Source: Candidatus Pacearchaeota archaeon (lineage in GTDB: Archaea; Nanobdellota; Nanobdellia; Pacearchaeales; GW2011-AR1). From it: a DNA stretch of 63,218 bases. The stretch spans positions 1 to 63,218 of the forward strand of contig SICV01000001.1 of assembly GCA_009694725.1 (NCBI GenBank). Reading direction: 5' to 3'. A model generated the notes under the pieces. That model saw only the letters and a program-made list of their open reading frames with translations. It ran no database searches and was not told the DNA's origin. Position 1 is the first letter of the stretch. Every line of letters begins with the position of its first letter. Made by a program: the position numbers and the translations under genes. Below are positions 55,852-63,218 of the stretch, piece after piece.

Positions 55852-56583
55852 ATGGTTGGAAAACGAGATATTGTAACCGGAAGATCTTCTCGGTTACAAC
55901 AATGTATTAATCTTATCCCTAAATCCTGGCGATTACGACTTAATCCTCGTCGCTATGCTATTGAAACATTTGTTGAACAGAGCGCTCGAAAAATCAAACC
56001 AAACGCCTGTGTGCTTGATGCAGGCGCAGGTCCTTGCCCCTATAAATCATTCTTTGCCCACTGTACCTACCAAGCAACTGATTTTACTGATCCGTATAGG
56101 CTAATGGATTTTACGTGTGATTTAAGCTCTATTCCTCAAAAAACTGGTTCCTATGATGTAGTTCTTTCGACAGAAGTGTTAGAACATGTCCCCGATCCTC
56201 TCGCGGTTTTAAAAGAAACGCATCGTATTCTGAAGAAAGGGGGAACCCTCTACCTTACCACTCCTCAATCCTGGATGATGCATCAAAAACCCCATAATTA
56301 TTTTTATTTCACCTATTTTGGGCTTAAACATCTTTTACAAGAAACTGGTTTCAAGAAGTTCACCATTAAACCCATGGGCGGGTATTTCTGGAATCTTGCG
56401 GATACTATACGATTTAATTCGCTCCGGCACCAGTATCGAAAGCAGAGTGTGCTTTATGTTATCCTCACTATCCTTGAATATCCCTTTACTAATATCCTCT
56501 TACCTTTTCTCTTTTTTCATCTCGATTGGATAGATAAGGAAAGAGACTGGACTATGGGTTGGGTTGTTGAAGCAACAAAGTAA
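55852..56583 (+). CDS. SAM-dependent methyltransferase
   Basis: VLDAGAG, YDVVLSTEVLEHV, RILKKGG. Confidence 0.88.
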   Translation: MVGKRDIVTGRSSRLQQCINLIPKSWRLRLNPRRYAIETFVEQSARKIKPNACVLDAGAGPCPYKSFFAHCTYQATDFTDPYRLMDFTCDLSSIPQKTGSYDVVLSTEVLEHVPDPLAVLKETHRILKKGGTLYLTTPQSWMMHQKPHNYFYFTYFGLKHLLQETGFKKFTIKPMGGYFWNLADTIRFNSLRHQYRKQSVLYVILTILEYPFTNILLPFLFFHLDWIDKERDWTMGWVVEATK

Positions 56584-56588
56584 CAGAA

Positions 56589-58136
56589 TTAGGAGGTATT
56601 CCCCGCTATTCTTTCCTGTATTCTTTGTTTGATAGATCTAAACACTTCCCTATCTTGTGCGTCATGTGTCTTTAAGAGATACAATATCCCGAGATACCCT
56701 ATTCCCCCAATACCTACTCCTACGAGTAACGAACTTAGTGACGTGTACTGTGTAAGCCGATAGATTTCTAATCCTACAAATAACGCCCCTGCTCCGCAGA
56801 TAATTTTACCTATCTCTTTGCCCTTAAAGGGGAGTTCTTTCAGTTCTTTTCTTACTTGCACCAAGAGCGTAATCAGGAAAACGGCCCAGGTTACTGCAGT
56901 AGCATAGGCAACGCCTTCAATACCATACGGACCTATCAACGCAAGATTAAGAAAGAAGTTCATTGTTGCGACACAGGTTACATTACAAGCCAAAAGGTAT
57001 GATTTTCCTTTTGCGGTGAGCACGGCAGTGAGGCTATTTGAAAGAGAAGAGAATAATCCCCCAAAGGCGAGGATTTTAACACAGGTTTCTGCAGATGCAT
57101 ACGTAGCGCCAAATAAGGTATGAATGAATACTCCCGGGAAAAAGAAAAGTGCAAGGGCTACCGGAATATTTCCTATGAGAATCCATTTGTTTACCCTTCG
57201 TAATATTCCCCTCACTTGTGAAAGATTATTTTCCGCAAAATATTTACTCATTAATGGAAGGAAAAGTTGCATAAAGAGTTCAGGAGCAATGCCGAGTACT
57301 GAAATAAGTGTAATTGCGATCGCGTATATCCCTACTTGCTCCGGAGGAAGATAATGTCCAATTACGAGAGAGTCTATCCAGAACAGTAAACTAAATACCA
57401 TCCCGGTATAGAGCAACGGGAGAGAATACCGAAGTACGGTTTTTTGCAATGCTACTCTTTTTTCTAACGAAATGAGGGGAGTTTGCCTATAGAATGTTCT
57501 TATTTTCTTTGTGGCAACAAAACTCAGCAAGGCGAGAAGTCCGGCAGTTAATACAAAACTTACGGGCAAGGCATTTTTTGCCTCCAGAACGGCAAGTCCC
57601 GCCGCAAGAAGCACTACCTTGCCTATTCCCTGGGCAGTGTTACTAATAAGGGAATATTTTTTGATGTCTTCATGAGCCCGTAACAGTGCAAGATGAAAAC
57701 CCGCAAAAACGGTGAGAGGTATACCGAGTGCCATGAGAGAAAGCATATCTGCTAGAAGCGCATTTGATTGGAAGTACTGTGCAAAAGAGGGGGCCCCTGC
57801 AAATACCCCTATTCCCGTCAGTATACTCAAGAAAACTACCTTTTTCTTAAGGCTCGAGATTAAACTTGCTATTTCGGATACTTTCTTTTTCCCTCGTAGA
57901 TAGGCGATATAGCGTGTTAATCCTTCGCTCAGCCCTAATGAACTGAGTGAAACCGCAAAACCTATAATAATAAGTGCTAATGAAAATGTTCCAAATTCGG
58001 CTGGAGTTGCATACCGAGCAATTGCGACCTTATAGAGATAGCCTGCGCATTTTGCGAGAAACATACTTGCTAAAACAATCAAAGAACTCTTCGCAAGTCT
58101 TGCTAGAGCAAGATCTTCGGTAACTTTTGAGGACAT
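56589..58136 (-). CDS. Wzx/MOP-type oligosaccharide flippase
   Basis: About 12-14 TMs, FGTFSLA, IDSLVIG, VGIY, PYGIEGVAYAT. Confidence 0.9.
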   Translation of the reverse strand: MSSKVTEDLALARLAKSSLIVLASMFLAKCAGYLYKVAIARYATPAEFGTFSLALIIIGFAVSLSSLGLSEGLTRYIAYLRGKKKVSEIASLISSLKKKVVFLSILTGIGVFAGAPSFAQYFQSNALLADMLSLMALGIPLTVFAGFHLALLRAHEDIKKYSLISNTAQGIGKVVLLAAGLAVLEAKNALPVSFVLTAGLLALLSFVATKKIRTFYRQTPLISLEKRVALQKTVLRYSLPLLYTGMVFSLLFWIDSLVIGHYLPPEQVGIYAIAITLISVLGIAPELFMQLFLPLMSKYFAENNLSQVRGILRRVNKWILIGNIPVALALFFFPGVFIHTLFGATYASAETCVKILAFGGLFSSLSNSLTAVLTAKGKSYLLACNVTCVATMNFFLNLALIGPYGIEGVAYATAVTWAVFLITLLVQVRKELKELPFKGKEIGKIICGAGALFVGLEIYRLTQYTSLSSLLVGVGIGGIGYLGILYLLKTHDAQDREVFRSIKQRIQERIAGNTS

Positions 58137-58176
58137 TCCCCCATAGGGAATTTTGCACTTAAAAGTCCTCTGATAC

Positions 58177-59160
58177 TTACTTCTCTTGAAGATAGAGTGA
58201 GGAAAGCTGGCCATTCGCTATTTTTTCGGTATGTGCTCGTGCATGCTTGAGAGACCTCATACAATACACCCATTTTAACCGTTCATTTTCTTTTCTTGTT
58301 TTGAGATAGAGTGCAAACCGTAAAAAGCTAATTCCCCCGATACACCACATAAACGTTAGTTTCTCCTTGAGAGAAGAGTTAAAATTCTTATAATTAAAGT
58401 AAAAATGATTGATTTGATTCATGTATGCCAGCTTCTCGGTTGGCATTCGTTCTACTAGTGAAGCTCTGTGCACAAGTGTAGCATGAGGGGTAAGAAATAA
58501 GCCTAGAGGGTATTTTTTGAATACTCGATAGGTAAAATCAAAGTCTTCCCCTAGCGCATACCGTGTTAATTTTTCATCAAATGAAAATTCGGTACCTATT
58601 TCTTTCTTAAACGTCATGTTAAAACCTGAAAGCCATTGGGTATTAATTATTTTTGTAAGCTTTGAAGGATACGTTGCCCCGTATGCTGAAAGAACTCTTG
58701 CCCTATTTTCCTCGAAACATTCAATTGCAAATAGTTTTTTTAGAGTATTCTCAAAAAAGGAATTTTTTTGTAATTCTTTTGGTAGATAATATCCGCTTAC
58801 TCCTTGTGCCGATGGTTCGTTATTAAATACCTCGAGTATTTTCTCAAAATATTCTTTTCCCAGAGTAACATCATCATCCAAGAAACAAATGAATTTTGTT
58901 TCTTTTGAAACTTTCCTAACTCCACAATTTCTTGCTTTGGTCAAAGAAGGGATATCGGTGTGAATATAGCGTATTTTTTTATTTTTTATTTTTGCAATCA
59001 TTTCCTTTGTTTTGAGGTCTGTGCTTTGATCAATGATGAGCACTTCCTTAATAAGAGAGAGTTTACTTTTGAATGAAGCTAATGTCTCCTTGAGATCTTG
59101 AGATCTATTGTAGGTGGCTATAACTACTGAAATATCTTTGAGAGAATAGTGCTGCCTCAT
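58177..59160 (-). CDS. GT2 glycosyltransferase
   Basis: VVIATYNR, ARNCG, FLDDD, GEDFDF. Confidence 0.92.
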   Translation of the reverse strand: MRQHYSLKDISVVIATYNRSQDLKETLASFKSKLSLIKEVLIIDQSTDLKTKEMIAKIKNKKIRYIHTDIPSLTKARNCGVRKVSKETKFICFLDDDVTLGKEYFEKILEVFNNEPSAQGVSGYYLPKELQKNSFFENTLKKLFAIECFEENRARVLSAYGATYPSKLTKIINTQWLSGFNMTFKKEIGTEFSFDEKLTRYALGEDFDFTYRVFKKYPLGLFLTPHATLVHRASLVERMPTEKLAYMNQINHFYFNYKNFNSSLKEKLTFMWCIGGISFLRFALYLKTRKENERLKWVYCMRSLKHARAHTEKIANGQLSSLYLQEK

Positions 59161-59960
59161 ACTGTTTGTTTACCATCCATAAAACCTTTCCAGAACCCTG
59201 CGATATAATACGGGTGATCGCAGAGTGAAGCAAAAAGATAGGCAGGAAGAAGCCCGAGCCCTCCTTTGTTGAACGGATAACTGAGTGGATACGTAATCAA
59301 ACCTACAAGAGGAATTGCTTTCAGCATGCCGACATACCAGCGTACCATTTCTTTTCCGTGTACTCGTACTAGCGCCCCATAGCCGTTTGCATATTGATAC
59401 TGTTTTTTGAGTCGCTGTTTAAACGTAGTTGGGTGATAATGTATAATTTTAACATTTGGATAGACTATTTTCCCTCTTTTTTTTAATTTCACATACGTAT
59501 CGTAATCTTCCCCTGCTGTGCGAAATGTTCTTTCATCAAATAATCCTATTTTTTGCATAGCTGATTTACGATATGCGCCCCCTTTGCCATCTAAACTTGA
59601 ACGAATGATGCCTTTTTCTTTGATCATAATCCCCTTTGTGCCATAAGAGAAGGTATCCCATAATGCTGAGGGAAGCTCTACCTGGGAGACACTTGCAACT
59701 ACTTTCTTATCTGCAAACGGCATCAGGAGATGTGTGAGCCATTCTTTTCCTACCGGAATACAATCCTGGGGAAGCATGACCACAAGCGAATACTTAGATT
59801 TTCTTATTCCGATGTTCATTTGCTCTGCAAAACCTTTATGTTCATCGATGATTAAAATTTCTTTGTTACCCTTATAATTTTGATGATTGATGACTGAGAT
59901 AATCTTTTTTAATAGTTTTTTATCAGGGTTATATACCGGGAAAATAATTGAAACATCCAT
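59157..59960 (-). CDS. GT2 glycosyltransferase
   Basis: SIIFPVYN, QDC, GLFDE, GEDYD. Confidence 0.88.
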   Translation of the reverse strand: MDVSIIFPVYNPDKKLLKKIISVINHQNYKGNKEILIIDEHKGFAEQMNIGIRKSKYSLVVMLPQDCIPVGKEWLTHLLMPFADKKVVASVSQVELPSALWDTFSYGTKGIMIKEKGIIRSSLDGKGGAYRKSAMQKIGLFDERTFRTAGEDYDTYVKLKKRGKIVYPNVKIIHYHPTTFKQRLKKQYQYANGYGALVRVHGKEMVRWYVGMLKAIPLVGLITYPLSYPFNKGGLGLLPAYLFASLCDHPYYIAGFWKGFMDGKQTV

Positions 59961-59983
59961 AGGGGCAAACATCATTGATGGTT

Positions 59984-60074
59984 AATAAAGAATCCCCCGG
60001 CAAGCTGGAGGGTATTCTTTAAGCCTCAAACGGGGAACAACGAAGTAACTTGCACCCCGTTCGAGCAATAAAGA
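59984..60074. repeat. Twin GC-rich hairpin element flanked by the 8-bp direct repeat AATAAAGA
   Basis: Hairpins at 59986-60021 and 60025-60065; AATAAAGA at 59984-59991 and 60067-60074. Confidence 0.6.
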
Positions 60075-60075
60075 T

Positions 60076-61011
60076 TCAGCATGCCCCTTGATAGAAGGCG
60101 ATTGTTCTCTTAATTCCCTCTTCCAGAGATACCTGGGGTTCCCAGCCTAGCCCTTTAAGTGGCGTTACATCAGCTATAAAGTCCCCTACGCCCACTTTTT
60201 TATGAAAATCAGGAGGGGTAATTGAAACTTTTTTTGTGTTTGGTAGATGCTTTTCAATATAACATACGAGATCTTTGAATGGTACTCGTTCTCCTCGACC
60301 AATATAGTATACTTTTCCTCGTTCCCCTTTTTCCATGATCTTTTGTGCCCCTGCAACCGCATCATCTACATACACAAAATCCCTATAAAATTCACCGTTA
60401 TTGTAGACTTTAATTTCTTCTCCGTGCACTGCTTTATGAATCATGCCATTGAAGGCTGCTTTCTTAAGATTGTCTCCCTGTTCAAAGGGCCCAAAGACAT
60501 TGGTAAATCTTCCAATGGTTGCATTTATACCGTGGAGTGTGTGATAGACTTGACAAAATTGTTCAGCGGCGAGACGAGTTATCGCATATGCTCCCAAAGG
60601 GCGACAGGGCGTTTCAGGAGTAACGGGAAGTTTTGTAACATTGCCATTGACAAAAAAAGTACTTGCAAAAAAGAGTCGTGCTGATGATTTTCCTTTTCTC
60701 ATGGCCTCTAATAGGGCAATCGTCCCCCTACAATTGACATCGAGATCGAGGTAGGGTTGTTCAAGAGAGGTATAATTATCAACTGTACTTGCAAAATGAT
60801 ATATTTCTTCTTGTCCTTCAATATCAGTTGGAGTAATGTCGCAGATATCCTTTAGGATAATCGTTATTTTTCCTTCGAACCCTTGCATATTTTTCTTTTT
60901 TGCTTCTGAACGGGTGAGTATGGTCACCTTATTTCCTTCTTCAGCACAGAGCTTTTTTGCTAACGTACTCCCGATAAAACCTAATCCCCCGGTAATAAGA
61001 ATATGTTTCAT
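60076..61011 (-). CDS. NAD-dependent epimerase/dehydratase
   Basis: TGGLGFIGS, NVFGP, RDFVYVDD; YAITR in place of YxxxK. Confidence 0.88.
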   Translation of the reverse strand: MKHILITGGLGFIGSTLAKKLCAEEGNKVTILTRSEAKKKNMQGFEGKITIILKDICDITPTDIEGQEEIYHFASTVDNYTSLEQPYLDLDVNCRGTIALLEAMRKGKSSARLFFASTFFVNGNVTKLPVTPETPCRPLGAYAITRLAAEQFCQVYHTLHGINATIGRFTNVFGPFEQGDNLKKAAFNGMIHKAVHGEEIKVYNNGEFYRDFVYVDDAVAGAQKIMEKGERGKVYYIGRGERVPFKDLVCYIEKHLPNTKKVSITPPDFHKKVGVGDFIADVTPLKGLGWEPQVSLEEGIKRTIAFYQGAC

Positions 61012-61018
61012 AGAATCA

Positions 61019-62218
61019 TTAAGATCTTTGGATATAGTCTCTTACAATACCATAATAATCTGCTTTCTGATCTTCAGGCATTCCCCAGCACGGTACAAAT
61101 AATGCTCGTTCTTCTACACTATCCCCTATAGGAAACTTTCCCCCCGTGAGTGAATGCCAGGGTACACGTGCGAATGGTTTTTGTAAGGTAATATTCCCAC
61201 ACATCACTGGTCGCACTTCTACCCCTTTACTTGTCAGATATTTAGCAAATGCTGAACGATCAAATGGTGCGCTCGTTTTTACGGTTACCGGGTATGAGAA
61301 CCAACTCGGTTGTGCTTTTGGATGTATTACAGGTAGATCGAAGTAATCAGACTTACCAAACAATTCAGTCATTTCACTAAATTGTTTTGCTCGTTCCTGA
61401 ACATACGTAGGTAATTTTGCTATTTGTGCTAAGCCGAATGCCGCTTGAATACCGGTCATTTGACTGTCGGTACCGAGGGTTTCGTACGTATATCGCTTCA
61501 AAAAGTCTGCATCTCCGGGCCTAAAATCTCTTCCCCAAAAGATAAGACTTTTGAGTAATACTTGTAATCGTTGATCATTTGTTGCAACAGCGCCCCCCAC
61601 TCCTCCTGCAGTGATGTGATGTGATCCATAGAAGCTGAAAGCAGTAACATCTCCAAAGGTACCTATGCCTTTTCCATCATACATTCCGCCCATCGTGTCG
61701 CATGAATCTTCAATAAGGAACCTGTGTGGGCCGAGCGCACGTTTAATTTTGTCCATATCTGGAATGTTGCCCAGTAAATGAGGCAACACCATACCTCGGG
61801 CTTCGGGGAAACGCTCCACTGCGGCAATGACTTGTTCTGGATCAGCAACATAGGTGCCAGGTTGTGTTTCGATAAAAATGGGTTGCATGCCCAGATTAAT
61901 TGCTGAAGAAATGCTTGTTGCGAATGTAGTGACGGGATGGATTACTTTATCTCCTGGTTGCCAGCGTCCGTCTGCTTTTAAGGCAAGTAACCCATTTTCG
62001 ATTGCAGCTGAGCCACTATTGGTCAAGTGTACATAGGATATTCCTGTTGAATCCACTAATGCTTTTTCAAACTCTTCATTAATGTCCCCATATCCAAACC
62101 AATCTGCTTGAAGTACTCGTTCTAAATTTGCTACTTCGGGTTTTCCCCATTGAATACGATTAATGAGATGTCGGTCCCCTGGTTTTTCCCAAGGTTTCCA
62201 GGCAAGTGTTTGATCCAT
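61019..62218 (-). CDS. DegT/DnrJ-family enzyme, RfbH/ColD-type 3-dehydrase-like
   Basis: NSGSAA, EDSCD, SFYGSHHITAGG (His at the usual PLP-Lys position). Confidence 0.85.
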   Translation of the reverse strand: MDQTLAWKPWEKPGDRHLINRIQWGKPEVANLERVLQADWFGYGDINEEFEKALVDSTGISYVHLTNSGSAAIENGLLALKADGRWQPGDKVIHPVTTFATSISSAINLGMQPIFIETQPGTYVADPEQVIAAVERFPEARGMVLPHLLGNIPDMDKIKRALGPHRFLIEDSCDTMGGMYDGKGIGTFGDVTAFSFYGSHHITAGGVGGAVATNDQRLQVLLKSLIFWGRDFRPGDADFLKRYTYETLGTDSQMTGIQAAFGLAQIAKLPTYVQERAKQFSEMTELFGKSDYFDLPVIHPKAQPSWFSYPVTVKTSAPFDRSAFAKYLTSKGVEVRPVMCGNITLQKPFARVPWHSLTGGKFPIGDSVEERALFVPCWGMPEDQKADYYGIVRDYIQRS

Positions 62219-62297
62219 AGTTTTTCCTTTCAAAGTCCTTTTATATACTTTATGTCGTTTCCGATATATTCATTAATCCCTTCTTTTTAAACAGAAT

Positions 62298-63218
62298 ATG
62301 AAGATCTTGGAATTAACCACGTTTAGCGCGGGGGGATGTGGGGTCTGGCGACGAGTGCAGCAAGAGGCTCAGTTATTGGCTGGGCGAGGACATAGTGTGC
62401 AGGTTTTTTCTACCAATAGAGTTAAGGGAGAATCGGGAACTGCTCTTCTAGAAGAGAAAGACGGGAAGGTGCAGATACAACGGTTTCCCGCCTGGAAATT
62501 AGGGGGAGAAAGCTTCATGTATTGGAATTGCCTTTCCGAGATTTGTGCCCTTAAGCCTGATGTGATTATTGCTCATTCCTATCGACATAGGCATACCCAT
62601 ATTGCTTTGCACGCACAAAAGAAACTTGGTTGTAGGGTGTTCCTCGTTACGCATGCCCCCTTTGGACGGGAAGCTTCACGAGGTATGTTTGGGAATTGTG
62701 CTGTTTCGTTGTATGATTCGTGGATTGGTCCGGGCAAACTCAAACGGTTCGATGGTATCTGCACGATTACGCATTGGGAAGAGTCGTACCTTGAGAAGCT
62801 GGGTGTTCCGAAAGAGAAAATGACGTACCTCCCTAATGGAATAGATACTGCCTTTTTTAGTAAAACTAAGACAGGCTCCGGAAAAGACGCGATACTCTTC
62901 TTGGGGCGCATTGCACCGATTAAACAACTTGAAACTGTCTTGGGGGCACTTGCATCGTTACCTGTTTCGAAACGTATTCCCTGTACGATTGTAGGTCCGG
63001 GTGAACCAGAGTACACTGCGCAGTTACGTGCCCTTATTATAAAACATACACTCTCGGATACTGTTACGCTTACTGATACGTCCTACACCGCGCCTGAAGC
63101 ACGTACTTGGTTGGATAGTCATCGGTATTTCATTCTTCCGAGCAAGAGTGAAGGGATGCCCCAAGCACTTGTAGAAGCAATGGCTCGGGGGCGTGTGGTG
63201 ATTGCAAGTGATAATCCG
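62298..63218 (+). CDS. GT4 glycosyltransferase (runs off right edge; absent from ORF track)
   Basis: Manual translation MKILELTTFSAGGCGV...PNGID...FLGRIAPIK...LPSKSEGMPQALVEAMARG. Confidence 0.9.
   Translation, partial: MKILELTTFSAGGCGVWRRVQQEAQLLAGRGHSVQVFSTNRVKGESGTALLEEKDGKVQIQRFPAWKLGGESFMYWNCLSEICALKPDVIIAHSYRHRHTHIALHAQKKLGCRVFLVTHAPFGREASRGMFGNCAVSLYDSWIGPGKLKRFDGICTITHWEESYLEKLGVPKEKMTYLPNGIDTAFFSKTKTGSGKDAILFLGRIAPIKQLETVLGALASLPVSKRIPCTIVGPGEPEYTAQLRALIIKHTLSDTVTLTDTSYTAPEARTWLDSHRYFILPSKSEGMPQALVEAMARGRVVIASDNP

Overview
Chromosomal fragment of a small-genome archaeon, most likely DPANN (Pacearchaeota/Woesearchaeota-like). This is inferred from the archaeal r-proteins eL18/eL21, Rpo3/4/10, an Rpp21-like gene, TrmB, BHB-intron tRNAs without encoded CCA, a stand-alone 5S rRNA, and TATA boxes about 25 bp upstream of start codons. 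From left to right the window holds: the edge of a probable integrated element (integrase N-terminus beside tRNA-Ser); a CuA-type cupredoxin; an unexplained ~200-nt structured RNA candidate upstream of msrA; housekeeping genes (thrC, ileS, trmB, gmk, tatD); a large surface S8 protease; tRNA-Leu(TAA) followed by a duplicated, insert-split tRNA 3' end; XerA; an r-protein/RNA polymerase cluster; an 8-gene copper/disulfide cluster with a perfect ArsR-type palindrome; a MacB/FtsX ABC operon with an ORFan at every junction; 5S rRNA and three tRNAs; secF (with a 4-TM insertion) and secD; and a >20 kb surface-glycan locus running off the right edge. No CRISPR array, transposase or reverse transcriptase was seen. 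All calls come from reading the sequence and recalling motifs; no searches were run.
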